A DNA stretch of 38,352 bases from Methanobacteriota archaeon (lineage in GTDB: Archaea > Halobacteriota > Bog-38 > Methanoflorentales > Methanoflorentaceae). The stretch covers positions 27,012 through 65,363 of the forward strand of contig PLGY01000062.1 in NCBI GenBank assembly GCA_003139855.1, in the 5' to 3' direction. The position numbers and the translations under genes were made by a program. The notes below the pieces were generated by a model, which was not told the origin of the DNA, ran no database searches, and was given only the letters and a program-made list of their open reading frames with translations. Positions 20,839 through 30,515 of this stretch are shown one piece after another; the stretch's first letter is position 1, and each line of letters opens with the position of its first letter.

Positions 20839-21123
20839 TCACTCGGTGCACGATTCAGCCGCTTTGTTTAAGTCCGCTTCGAGGATCTCAGGGCGCGTTA
20901 CACCAATATAGTGCTCTATAATCTTCCCATTACATTCCAGAATCAGTGTCGGCACGACGCGGATTCCGTACTTGTTGGCAAGCTGCAGGTTATCGTCTAC
21001 ATTAATCTTCTTGAATTCGATCTTGTCTTTGAGCTTTTCTTCAAGCTTTTCGAGTATCGGATCCTGCATCTTGCACGGTCCGCACCAGTCAGCGTAAAAA
21101 TCCATCAGTATCGGTTTTCCCAT
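20839..21123 (-). CDS. trxA: Thioredoxin
   Basis: DFYADWCGPCK and the VPT cis-Pro motif. Confidence 0.95.
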   Translation of the reverse strand: MGKPILMDFYADWCGPCKMQDPILEKLEEKLKDKIEFKKINVDDNLQLANKYGIRVVPTLILECNGKIIEHYIGVTRPEILEADLNKAAESCTE

Positions 21124-21201
21124 AACGATTTTACCTCGCTACTCCCCTTGTGAAAACGTGCATATATATTATTTTTGCCTGACTGGGTCGCTCTAAGTAC
21201 G

Positions 21202-21684
21202 TCAATTCTTAAATCGTTCAATCTCTTCAAAAACCAGTTGTATGACCCGGTCAATCGCAGCTTGGACCCTAGGCGAAAGGTCCGTGCAAATCCCTTCCAC
21301 CCGTTCGACCTCAATTCCAATGATGGTGATATTGTCCGGCATAAGCTCCGGTTGAATCTGCTGGCCCAAGCGCAGCGTATCGACCAAATTGAGGTCGTGC
21401 AACGACATCATAAACAGATTTGCAGGAGGCAATTCCTTGTCGGTGAACTTGTAGATCGATCCTGGTTCGCTCCCGCCCCCTCGCACGGCGTCGACGATAA
21501 TCACGTCATCTGCATCCTCCATGTAGTCAAGGATTGCTAAACCGCCAACACCGGCGTTCACCAGCTCGATATCACTTCGGTCTATTTGCTCGAGTCTCTC
21601 GAGAATGTGAACCCCTACACCATCGTCCGCCATGAGGTAGTTGCCTGCCCCGAGTATCTTTATTACTTGTTTCTCGCCTTTCAC
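21202..21684 (-). CDS. [NiFe]-hydrogenase maturation protease (HycI/HybD family)
   Basis: GAGNYLMADDGVG, IIVDAV and SLHD motifs. GTG start 21684 after GGTGAT. Confidence 0.92.
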   Translation of the reverse strand: MKGEKQVIKILGAGNYLMADDGVGVHILERLEQIDRSDIELVNAGVGGLAILDYMEDADDVIIVDAVRGGGSEPGSIYKFTDKELPPANLFMMSLHDLNLVDTLRLGQQIQPELMPDNITIIGIEVERVEGICTDLSPRVQAAIDRVIQLVFEEIERFKN

Positions 21685-21801
21685 CGTATCACCACGCACC
21701 TCGTCGTGAGCGGATGCATTAATTTCCGTTAACTAGGCGCCGTTGCTTCATGCGGCCCCCCAAGTATTAAAATAGACTGAACGCTATACTGACAGCGGGC
21801 A

Positions 21802-22353
21802 GTGCTGATGCCACTAACCAAGCGATCAGGAGACGGGAAAGCGGTGAGCAAAACCTCACAGACCTCAGAACGTCGCAACCAGCGAATCTCCAAAGACGAG
21901 TACTATATGGCGCTCGCAAAGACCGTTTCTTTGCGCTCAACCTGCACGAGGCGCCAATACGGCGCCATTATCGTTTCAACTGGCGATCACATACTGTCGA
22001 CTGGATACAATGGGGCCGCACGCAACGAACCGCACTGTCTCAACATCGGGTGTGAGCGGGAGCGCTTAAACGTTCCAAAGGGTGAACGGTACGAACTCTG
22101 TGTGAGCGTCCACGCCGAGGCGAATGCGATTATACAAGCGGCCAGAGGGGGTGCCTCCATCAACGGCGCTACGCTTTACGTCAACGGCACTCCGTGTAAA
22201 ATGTGCTGGCGGCTCATCAAGAACGCCGGCATTGATCAGGTTGTGTTTATCGACGATGACCCCGAATCGCGCGACTTCAATGACCTCATGCGCGTGAACG
22301 CACAGGACGTCATCCTGGCCCACATGCACCCCGCAAAGCGTGAAGAATGCTAG
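21802..22353 (+). CDS. dCMP deaminase family protein
   Basis: RSTC.RRQYGAII, TGYNG, HAEANA and PCKMC zinc motifs. The start may be slightly downstream. Confidence 0.9.
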   Translation: MLMPLTKRSGDGKAVSKTSQTSERRNQRISKDEYYMALAKTVSLRSTCTRRQYGAIIVSTGDHILSTGYNGAARNEPHCLNIGCERERLNVPKGERYELCVSVHAEANAIIQAARGGASINGATLYVNGTPCKMCWRLIKNAGIDQVVFIDDDPESRDFNDLMRVNAQDVILAHMHPAKREEC

Positions 22354-22457
22354 TTTGCTGCCGAGTTGATTCTACTCGACGAGACTTAGGCCGAACCGGT
22401 GCGAGGCGGGCCCAAAAAAAACAAGTAGTAGCAATAGATCGCGACCACAGGTAAGCC

Positions 22458-24263
22458 ATGCAGCACGGAAACCGCAAGTTTCTTTTGGGAAATGAGGCGA
22501 TTGCTTACGGCATATTGGAGGCAGGAGTCTCGCTCGTTTCCGGTTATCCAGGAACGCCGTCGTCTGAGATCATACCTTTCATTGTGCAGCACGTCGAACG
22601 CTACGAGAGGCCGCCCCACGTGGAGTGGTCCGTTAATGAGAAGGTCGCACTTGAGGTCGCCGCTGGCGCTTCGTACTGTGACGTGCGCACCGCCGTCGTT
22701 ATGAAGCACGTCGGACTGAACGTCGCTGCTGACCCCTTAATGACTCTCGCGTACACCGGAGTCAAAGGTGGTTTAGTGCTCGTTGTGGCCGACGATCCCG
22801 GGTGCTTCTCTTCGCAGAATGAACAGGATTCCCGCAGGTATGCACAATTTGCGAAGATCCCGTGTCTCGATCCATCGACCCCGCAAGAGGCCTATGACTT
22901 TACAAAGTACGCATTCGCGTTGTCTGAGCTATTCGAAATCCCAGTGATGCTCCGACCGACGACACGCGTTTCGCACGCACGAGCATCCGTCACGTTAAGC
23001 GGAAACTATAGCGATCAGCGATCCCCTCACTTTAAGAAGGACCCCGAGCAGTGGGTCATGGTGCCGGCGCACGCGCGCAAGAGACACACAGAACTGAACA
23101 GGATTCAACCATTGCTGCGCGCCGAACTCTCCTCTTTAAATAACTTAACGCTTAAAAAATCTCGCTTCGGCGTGGTTACAGCCGGAGTGGCTGCAAAATA
23201 TGTTGAGGAGGCGCTCAAGAAGTTGCGACTCGAACCTTCCGTGCTGCGCGTCGCTGCTTATCCTGCGAACAACGACCAAATCGCGACGCTCGTAAGCAAT
23301 TCGCGTCAGCTTCTCATCGTCGAGGAGCTCGAGCCTGTAATTGAAGAGCAAGTTAATGCTCTTGCGGGCACGGTCGAGGTGTACGGAAAGCTCACAGGAC
23401 ACGTCCAACGAGAGGGTGAGCTCACGGTTGATACGGTCCTACATAGCATCGGCCAGGTGGTTGGCCGGCTCGCAGCTGCGGACGTCCCGGCAGTGTTGAT
23501 CGCCGCGGAGCACACGCTGCCTCCGCGACCGCCCGTGCTGTGTGTGGGATGTCCCCATCGGGCGACATTCTACGCGCTCAAGAAAGTGTTCACCAAAGCT
23601 GCGATCTATGTCGGAGACATCGGATGCTATACGCTAGGCGTGAGTCAAGGCACGATCGATACCACGCTCTGCATGGGCGCAAGCATCAGCATGGGCAGCG
23701 GATTCAGTGCCGCCTGTGATAAGGAGATCGTGAGTGTTATCGGCGATTCGACCTTCATTCATACGGGCGTTCCTGGACTTATAAACGCTGTGTACAACGG
23801 TGCGCGGCTGACGCTCGTAATTATGGACAACGGCACGACCGCAATGACGGGACATCAACCCCACCCCTGCACCGGCGTGAACGCAATGGGAGCGTGTACC
23901 ATGCCGACGCCGATGGAAGACCTCATTAAAGCGATCGGCGTCCAAGGGCTTTACGTTGTCGATCCCTGCAACCTATTCGAAACGGAAGACGCGCTAACAA
24001 AGGCAAAGAACGGCGACGGCGTCCAAGTTGTCATCGCGAGGCGGCCTTGTATCATCAGTGCCAAAAAGGCAGGAACGCTCGTAAAGGCGAAAAAACGCGT
24101 CACCGCTGTGTGCCAAGACTACTTCGCGAGTTGTAAGCTCTGTAGCACGCTTTTTTGCCCTGCGATCATCTATAGCGAAACGAGCGCCTCGATTGCTGAA
24201 GACTGCGTGGGCTGCGGCGTTTGCGAACAGATCTGCGAATTCGATGCTATCGAAACCGCTTGA
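22458..24263 (+). CDS. iorA: Indolepyruvate:ferredoxin oxidoreductase alpha subunit
   Basis: LGNEAIA, GYPGTPSSEI, NEKVALE, KHVGLNVAAD, SSQNEQD, CVGCPH, GDIGCY, GDSTF and a C-terminal ferredoxin domain. Confidence 0.95.
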   Translation: MQHGNRKFLLGNEAIAYGILEAGVSLVSGYPGTPSSEIIPFIVQHVERYERPPHVEWSVNEKVALEVAAGASYCDVRTAVVMKHVGLNVAADPLMTLAYTGVKGGLVLVVADDPGCFSSQNEQDSRRYAQFAKIPCLDPSTPQEAYDFTKYAFALSELFEIPVMLRPTTRVSHARASVTLSGNYSDQRSPHFKKDPEQWVMVPAHARKRHTELNRIQPLLRAELSSLNNLTLKKSRFGVVTAGVAAKYVEEALKKLRLEPSVLRVAAYPANNDQIATLVSNSRQLLIVEELEPVIEEQVNALAGTVEVYGKLTGHVQREGELTVDTVLHSIGQVVGRLAAADVPAVLIAAEHTLPPRPPVLCVGCPHRATFYALKKVFTKAAIYVGDIGCYTLGVSQGTIDTTLCMGASISMGSGFSAACDKEIVSVIGDSTFIHTGVPGLINAVYNGARLTLVIMDNGTTAMTGHQPHPCTGVNAMGACTMPTPMEDLIKAIGVQGLYVVDPCNLFETEDALTKAKNGDGVQVVIARRPCIISAKKAGTLVKAKKRVTAVCQDYFASCKLCSTLFCPAIIYSETSASIAEDCVGCGVCEQICEFDAIETA

Positions 24264-24271
24264 GGTGCGCG

Positions 24272-24844
24272 ATGGTGAAAAAGACCAAATTTGATTGTAT
24301 TATCGTGGGAGTTGGCGGTCAAGGTTCTATTTTCGCCTCGCGAGTGCTGGGCGAAGCGGCCGTGCGAGAGGGGTATGACGTGATCTCTGCTGAGACCCAC
24401 GGCATGGCTCAGCGAGGCGGAACCGTTGAGGTCCACGTCCGCCTTGGCTCATCATTTGGGCCGTTAATCCCTCTAAGAAGCGCAGACGCCTTGGTTGGAA
24501 TGGAGCCGGCAGAGGGTCTCCGCTTTGCACGCTATTTGTCGCCCAAGGGAACGGCCATCATCAACACGAATGTCGTGCCCGCCACAAGTTCAGACTACCC
24601 GCCCGTCGCGAATTTGGTGAAGGCGCTTAAAGACACGTGCGAGCGTGTAATTGCGTATGACGCGACACGGCTTGCATTGGACGCGGGCCATCTGCAAACC
24701 CTCAACGTCGTTCTGCTGGGGACACTTTCACGCATGCTGCCCTTGTCCACGTTGGAAGAGGTCGTTGCCGAGCACGTGCCCAAAAAAGCTCTTGACGCCA
24801 ATATCAGGGCGTTCAAGCTTGGACAGCGAGTCTTCGACGCGTAA
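24272..24844 (+). CDS. iorB: Indolepyruvate:ferredoxin oxidoreductase beta subunit
   Basis: GVGGQG and ETHGMAQRGG motifs. ATG 24272 follows GAGGTG. Confidence 0.94.
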   Translation: MVKKTKFDCIIVGVGGQGSIFASRVLGEAAVREGYDVISAETHGMAQRGGTVEVHVRLGSSFGPLIPLRSADALVGMEPAEGLRFARYLSPKGTAIINTNVVPATSSDYPPVANLVKALKDTCERVIAYDATRLALDAGHLQTLNVVLLGTLSRMLPLSTLEEVVAEHVPKKALDANIRAFKLGQRVFDA

Positions 24845-25004
24845 TTCAGTGATTGTGCATACGATTCACAGTATTCTCGCGTCGACGGTTGGCCTCGAGC
24901 CGATAATCTCAGTCACTACTTTACTTTCGTGTTTCAGCAGAACGCTAACCAATGCCCCCTCCAGTGGGCAAAGCATATCACTCAGAAACCGCATCTAACA
25001 AAGG

Positions 25005-26366
25005 ATGACAAAGCTGTGTCCCGGATGCGGGGCGACCAACCCAGATGAAACAGAGGCGTGCTGTGAATGCGGCGCTCAAATAGCCAAGACAGCGATGGAT
25101 GTTCTTGAAGAAGCGCTCTTGCTTCGGCAGCAAGGTAAGCCGAAAGACGCGCTCAATCGCGTCACAGAAGCCCTCAGTATGGACCCTTCAAACGTCGACG
25201 CACTGTTCACTTTTGGCTCTTTGACAGAAGAGTTGGGCAACGGCGATCAGGCGCTTAGTTATTATGAACGGGCCTTAGAGGCAGATCCCACCCATGCTCC
25301 CGCTCTCGTCGCCAAAGGAAGCATCCTTCGCGATAGAGGAGATGTTGACGCTGCTGTGCGTTTGTTCGATGCTGCCATAGCGAGCGAACCGCGGTTTGCG
25401 GTAGCCTACAACGCCAAGGGATACCTGTTTCAAAAACAGGGTTTATACGAACAAGCACTCAAATGCTATAACAAAGCGCAGGAAGCTGATCCTGAGTTTG
25501 ATCTTCCTTGGTTCAACACGGGTGTCTGCTATGCGCTGATGAACGACAACGAAAAAGCGGAGGGAATGTTCGAGAGGGCACTGCTGCTGGAACCTATGAA
25601 CGCCGACGCTTGGTTCTACCGAGCGAATGCGCTAGCGAATTTGGAGCGCTACGAAGACGCTGTCATCAACTATGACAAAGGCCTGGTGATCGACGACACC
25701 CGCGCTGCGGCGTGGGACGGTCGCGGGCTCGCCCTCGCTAGCCAGTATAAATGGCCTGACGCACTGGAGAGCTTTGACAAAGCGCTGAGCCTCGATCCCG
25801 ACTATTTCATCACGTACAACAACAAGGGGTACGTTTATTATAATCTGCAAAAATTTGACGACGCGATTGAAAACTTCGACAAAGCTCTCGAAATAAGTTC
25901 AGACTACATTCTCGCGTGGATCAATAAGGGTCTCGCACTGGATAGTTTGAACCGCTTCGACGAAGCGATCCAGTGCTTGGATCGGGCGTTCCAGCTGGAT
26001 CCCGAGAATTTTTGGGTGTTGAACAGAAAAGGGTTTATTCTGTTCGGCATCGATCGATTTGAGGACGCGATCGCTGTTTTTGATGAGGTGCTCAGCACAA
26101 ACGCCGACGACACGTACGCGCTCTCGTTCAAAGGAAGCTCCTATGATGGTCTAGGGGAATATGAAAAGGCCATTGAGTGCTTTGACCGCGTCTTAGAAGT
26201 CGATGAGAACGATGAGTTTGCGTGGACGTCAAAAGGCAGCGCGTTGTACAGCCTTAAGCGATATGACGATGCGGTGTCCTGTTTTGACCGGGCGCTCGAA
26301 ATAGACCCCCAGAGCCTCGAGGCCGTTCAGTTCAAAGAATTGATTGCCCAGCGGCGCAGCGGCTAA
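25005..26366 (+). CDS. TPR-repeat protein with an N-terminal zinc ribbon
   Basis: CPGCGATNPDETEACCECG followed by about 12 34-aa TPR repeats (AW.NKG.AL..L.RY.EA...FD.AL..DP). Confidence 0.9.
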   Translation: MTKLCPGCGATNPDETEACCECGAQIAKTAMDVLEEALLLRQQGKPKDALNRVTEALSMDPSNVDALFTFGSLTEELGNGDQALSYYERALEADPTHAPALVAKGSILRDRGDVDAAVRLFDAAIASEPRFAVAYNAKGYLFQKQGLYEQALKCYNKAQEADPEFDLPWFNTGVCYALMNDNEKAEGMFERALLLEPMNADAWFYRANALANLERYEDAVINYDKGLVIDDTRAAAWDGRGLALASQYKWPDALESFDKALSLDPDYFITYNNKGYVYYNLQKFDDAIENFDKALEISSDYILAWINKGLALDSLNRFDEAIQCLDRAFQLDPENFWVLNRKGFILFGIDRFEDAIAVFDEVLSTNADDTYALSFKGSSYDGLGEYEKAIECFDRVLEVDENDEFAWTSKGSALYSLKRYDDAVSCFDRALEIDPQSLEAVQFKELIAQRRSG

Positions 26367-27484
26367 CGCGCCGAAACCTGTTCTCTGATGATTTGGAACG
26401 CGAGGTCAATGCTCTGTTGACTCGCCGCGTACGAGATTCGGACGTGCCCTTCGCCAAAGCGCCCGAACGCCGATCCCGGCACAACGATGACGCCGGCCTG
26501 GGCAAGCCTCATCGTGAGGTCGAAGCTCGTGTCCGACGTGGCAAACCGTGGGAACACATAAAACGCCCCTTCAGGCGTCACACAATCGGCTATTCCCTTA
26601 AGGTGGTGCATCACGCCACTGCGTCGCGCGAAAAACTCGTCAACCATGGACCTCACGCTCTCTTGGGGGCCGGTCAACGCCGCATAAGCGGCTTTTTGCG
26701 AGATAGATGGCGCGCAGGCCTGGATATATTGGTGCACCTTCAGCATCTCCTCAACTATCGCGGCTGGTGCGATCGCGTACCCGAGCCGCCAGCCGGTCAT
26801 CGCATACGTTTTTGACACCGAATTAACGACAATCACGCGGTCCGGGTCGATGCTTGCCGGGCTGACGTGTTTTCCTCTGTAGAGCATCTTGTCATAGACC
26901 TCATCGGAAATTATGTAGAAGTCGTGGTCGTCGGCGAGCTCAACAAACTCCCGCATCTCGTTGTGCCGCTGCACCGCACCAGTGGGGTTTGCTGGTGAGT
27001 TAATAACCAGGGCTTTTGTCTTGTCCGTGATGCGATCCGCAACGGTATCAGGCTGCAGCCTGAAATCATCATCAGCGCTAACCCTCGCGCTCACGGGCAC
27101 GCCACCCGCCACGTGTGTGAGTGGCGCATAAGCGACAAATCCGGGATCGGGGAGTATTACCTCGTCGCCCGGGTTTATCAATGCCTCGAACGCCAGATGA
27201 AGGGCCTCGCTGCCACCTGAAGTGCAGATGATCTGCTCTTGCCCAGCTTGTACTCCGTACTGTTCATAGTAGCTCGCGATTGCGTCGATGAGTTCAGGAA
27301 AGCCCTTGTTAGGCGTGTACCCGGTGTACCCCTTGTCTAGTGCCTCTTTTGCCGCCTCTTTGATGTGTGTTGGCGTGTCGAAGTCCGGTTGGCCGAGCCC
27401 CAGGTTGATCGCGCCGGGTTTAGTCAGCGCAAACATCTCTCGAATTCCTGAAAGGGAAAAGTGTGAAGTGCGTTCTGCCCACAT
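26363..27484 (-). CDS. PLP-dependent class I/II (aspartate-type) aminotransferase
   Basis: GQPDFDTP, NSPANPTG, SDEVY, SKTYAMTGWRLG and GAFY motifs. Start re-called to ATG 27484. Confidence 0.93.
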   Translation of the reverse strand: MWAERTSHFSLSGIREMFALTKPGAINLGLGQPDFDTPTHIKEAAKEALDKGYTGYTPNKGFPELIDAIASYYEQYGVQAGQEQIICTSGGSEALHLAFEALINPGDEVILPDPGFVAYAPLTHVAGGVPVSARVSADDDFRLQPDTVADRITDKTKALVINSPANPTGAVQRHNEMREFVELADDHDFYIISDEVYDKMLYRGKHVSPASIDPDRVIVVNSVSKTYAMTGWRLGYAIAPAAIVEEMLKVHQYIQACAPSISQKAAYAALTGPQESVRSMVDEFFARRSGVMHHLKGIADCVTPEGAFYVFPRFATSDTSFDLTMRLAQAGVIVVPGSAFGRFGEGHVRISYAASQQSIDLAFQIIREQVSAR

Positions 27485-27776
27485 ACCTGTCTCCAACACC
27501 ACAATAGAGTGTCGCAGTGTCTGAATTGCTAGTCTGCGAGTTTCATGCCCATAAACCTGTTTATTGATGATGTTTGGGCTCTTCAGGCGAGGGGGGCTCA
27601 GACCGCGCAGGTAGCGTCCCCGGTGCTGTTGGTCACGTCGAAGGAATTCGCGTGATGTATCAGGCATCATCCGGCTCTCGCAATAGAGCATAACTAGTGC
27701 CGCGCAGGCCTCCGGTCGTCCTTTCGTGAGCGCAGTTCAATAGGTTTAAGTGAGACGGGTTCTAATATACAGCCTG

Positions 27777-29015
27777 ATGCCGCGCAACCGACTGAGCCTC
27801 ACGTTCGTTAGCACGTTTCCTCCACGAGAGTGTGGTATCGCCACATTCACGCAAGACCTCCTCTTCACCCTTATCAGTGAGAATCCTGATATAAGAGCTA
27901 ACGTTTGTGCCATTGATGGAACTAAGGACTCAAGCGCTTACGGCTGTTTAAGTCCGCTTATCTATCCGAGATCGCGGGTCGCGTACGTCATCAAAGCTAC
28001 CGATCAAATCAGCTTTGTCGAGGCAGCTGAAAAAATAAACGCGTCGCGCGCTGATGTGGTCAACATACAACATGAGTACGGGCTGTATGGCGGCTCGTGG
28101 GGCCGATATATCCTCGATTTCATGGAAGCGCTAGAAAAACCGATCGTGACGACGCTGCATACGGTGCTGCCGAGACCCCCGGAAGAGGCCAAAGCGGTTA
28201 CCCGCGAGTTGTACCGTCTTTCAGCTAACGTCGTTGTACCAGGGCACGTCGGCGTCGATATCTTGAAAAAGGCGTTTGACTTAGGCCCTGAGAAAGTTGA
28301 GGTCATTCCGCACGGCGTGCCCGACGTTCCGTTTATCGGCACGGAGCAGCCGAAGAAGAAACTAGCACTCTCTCGCAGATTCGTGATAGGGTCATTTGGG
28401 TTGCTCCATCCCGCAAAGGGTATCGAATATGTCCTTGAAGCGCTGCCCCAGGTGATTGCCGATAATCCTGAAACGGACCCCCTCTACTTGGTCGTCGGAG
28501 AGACGCACGTAAACATCGTGAAGAACGAAGGCGAGCGCTATCGCGAAAGGCTGAAGGAGATCGTCAAAGACCTCGATTTGGAGCACAACGTCAAGTTCGT
28601 CGACCGATATCTTACCAACCGAAACCTGATCCTACATTTTCTCGCTACGGATATCTGCGTCCTCCCTTATCTCGCCAGGGATCAGATCGTGAGTGGCGTG
28701 CTGTCCCAGGCAGTAGGCTGTGGAAAGGCCATAATCTCAACGCCGTTTGTGCACGCACGAGATGCGCTTGCAGACGAAAGAGGCGTGCTTCTTAAGTCGG
28801 GGGAATCAACGGAGATAGCCGAAGCGATTACCATGTTGATGCGCAACGATCGCCTGAGACGGGAGATGGAGATTCGGACGTATATGTATGGGCGCTCGAT
28901 CACGTGGAAAGAGGTCGCGAGAAGATACAAGGAACTCTTCAATACACACTACGTCAAACGAGGGCACGGCACGACCGACGCTCCAACGTACTGGGGCGAC
29001 GTCGACGCGTTGTGA
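27777..29015 (+). CDS. Glycosyltransferase family 4 (paralogous to 3809-4984)
   Basis: STFPPRECGIATF, NIQHEYGLYGG, TTLHTV, IPHG, KGIE and LPY..DQIVSGVL motifs. Start probably ATG 27777, 27 nt after TTTAAG. Confidence 0.9.
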   Translation: MPRNRLSLTFVSTFPPRECGIATFTQDLLFTLISENPDIRANVCAIDGTKDSSAYGCLSPLIYPRSRVAYVIKATDQISFVEAAEKINASRADVVNIQHEYGLYGGSWGRYILDFMEALEKPIVTTLHTVLPRPPEEAKAVTRELYRLSANVVVPGHVGVDILKKAFDLGPEKVEVIPHGVPDVPFIGTEQPKKKLALSRRFVIGSFGLLHPAKGIEYVLEALPQVIADNPETDPLYLVVGETHVNIVKNEGERYRERLKEIVKDLDLEHNVKFVDRYLTNRNLILHFLATDICVLPYLARDQIVSGVLSQAVGCGKAIISTPFVHARDALADERGVLLKSGESTEIAEAITMLMRNDRLRREMEIRTYMYGRSITWKEVARRYKELFNTHYVKRGHGTTDAPTYWGDVDAL

Positions 29016-29112
29016 TCGCGCAGTCAACGCATCTGTGGGGGGACTTTTTCGAGCTGACCGGGCAAAGTAGCTTGCGCTTTTTTGAGCATCATCTGCAGGA
29101 GGCCGAACCGAC

Positions 29113-29808
29113 ATGGCCGCAAAAGACGGGAGTGAGTTTCACACCTTACGGCAGATTCAAACAAACATCGCAAAGCAGGTGGTCCTAGAGGATCCCGCGA
29201 GTGAAGTTGCGTCGATAGGGGCGGTAGCGCAATCCTTTGATGAGGGCCTGGTGTTTTCTTCAGCCGTGGTTGTTGACACGCTCATGAACGTCATAGACGA
29301 GTCTGCGTCGATTGCGCCGACAGCCATGCCGTACGTGCCGGGTCTGCTCTTTTTCCGTGAGGGTCCCGCAGCGGTAGCCACCGTGGAGAAGCTGCGCAGG
29401 CGACCTGACGTTTTAATCGTCCACGGGGGCGGCATAAATCACCCCAGGTTTGCAGGAATCGCGTCGCACGTCGGAGTTATTCTCAACACGTCAACGGTTG
29501 GCGTGTCCAAAAAAGCCCTCTGCGGGGAGTACCTTGAACCGGCTCAAGCCGACCGCTCCACCGCGCTGACAGTCAACGGCAAACAGTTTGGGCTCGTCTT
29601 AAAAACGGTGGCCGGCATAAAACCGATCTTCATTAGTCCAGGAAACCGTATTTCGTTGCAGGGCGCATTGCGAATCGTCCAGCGCTGCGTGGTGAGCCAC
29701 AGATTACCTGAGCCGCTTCGTTAGGCTCACATCAAGCCCAGGCATCTTCGAGCCGAGATGCGTTCTAGTGAATTGGCGCCTCTGCGGGCAGGCGATGGGG
29801 TGGGATGA
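29113..29808 (+). pseudogene. nfi: Endonuclease V homolog, catalytically degenerate, with an in-frame TAG at 29722
   Basis: PYVPGLLFFRE, HPRFAGIASHVG, KPIFISPG and RLPEPLR*AH. The expected catalytic Asp positions read Ala (29227) and His (29422). Confidence 0.8.
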
Positions 29809-29905
29809 CTTGTACGCGAACTGATTCAGGCTGGACGTCGATGTGAGAAGGTTTAATACGCTCAGCGTGCAAAGAGCAACCATTGATCGCACGCGAGGTA
29901 CTGAC

Positions 29906-30049
29906 ATGAGAGCGTATCTTTACCGATGTCGCGTCTGTGGCGCGGAAATCTGGACCGATTTTATCGAGTTGGACAAGCTAACCTGCAAGAACTGCCATAC
30001 CGCAGGAAAATGGCTCGTACTCGACGTTAAGAACAGAGAAAAAATATAA
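29906..30049 (+). CDS. Zinc-ribbon micro-protein (47 aa)
   Basis: MRAYLYRCRVCGAEIWTDFIELDKLTCKNCHTAGKWLVLDVKNREKI has two CxxC motifs. GAGGT RBS and an upstream TTTAATA. Confidence 0.75.
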   Translation: MRAYLYRCRVCGAEIWTDFIELDKLTCKNCHTAGKWLVLDVKNREKI

Positions 30050-30061
30050 AAAAAATAAGCA

Positions 30062-30090
30062 ATAGCATCTCACGTGCGAAGAGATGCTAT
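30062..30090. terminator. Hairpin between convergent genes
   Basis: ATAGCATCTC-N9-GAGATGCTAT is a perfect 10-bp stem, with an A-tract upstream (U-tract on the minus strand after the histone gene). Confidence 0.5.
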
Positions 30091-30109
30091 CAAAGAAACG
30101 ATAGTGAGA

Positions 30110-30322
30110 TTAGCGATTAAGTCTGGTCCAGGCGAGTTTAATGTCTTCGGCTTTGACCGTCTTGCGTCCCGCGTGCTTTGCCATTTCGATTGCTTCTTCG
30201 GCGAGTTCCTTGCCGTATGTCTCTAGGTATTCTCTAAACTGTTCTGTCGCTTCAGCGCTCACGCGCTCTGCTCCAGCTTTTCGGATAATCCTGCTTACTC
30301 CTGCTGCTTGTAGTTCTGCCAT
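30110..30322 (-). CDS. Archaeal histone (HMf family)
   Basis: [12 protein letters not shown] and [14 protein letters not shown] motifs. GAGGT RBS. Confidence 0.96.
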   Translation of the reverse strand: MAELQAAGVSRIIRKAGAERVSAEATEQFREYLETYGKELAEEAIEMAKHAGRKTVKAEDIKLAWTRLNR

Positions 30323-30515
30323 TTGAATTACCTCGATCTATACTGAGATTTTCAACATATATATACTTTTTCGGTGTTTTTTCGATTTTAAGGTAATATT
30401 CCCCAATAAAAATGGATTTAAGAGTCAAAATAACATTTGAGCTTGGTATGCACAAGATGGGGAAAGCTTCATGGTGCGTCAATCGGAAGCTAGTGCATTC
30501 AAGGTGGTGTCCAGA

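Noticed and set aside
27485-27691. ORF-track N-terminal extension of the aminotransferase; possible box C/D sRNA (ATGATG...CTGA, minus strand)
   Set aside because: The extension is not protein-like. Box C is imperfect and there are no properly spaced D'/C' boxes.
29722-29724. Genome-wide amber recoding
   Set aside because: TAG ends several conserved genes at their expected C-termini (purL, rpl12, fae-hps).
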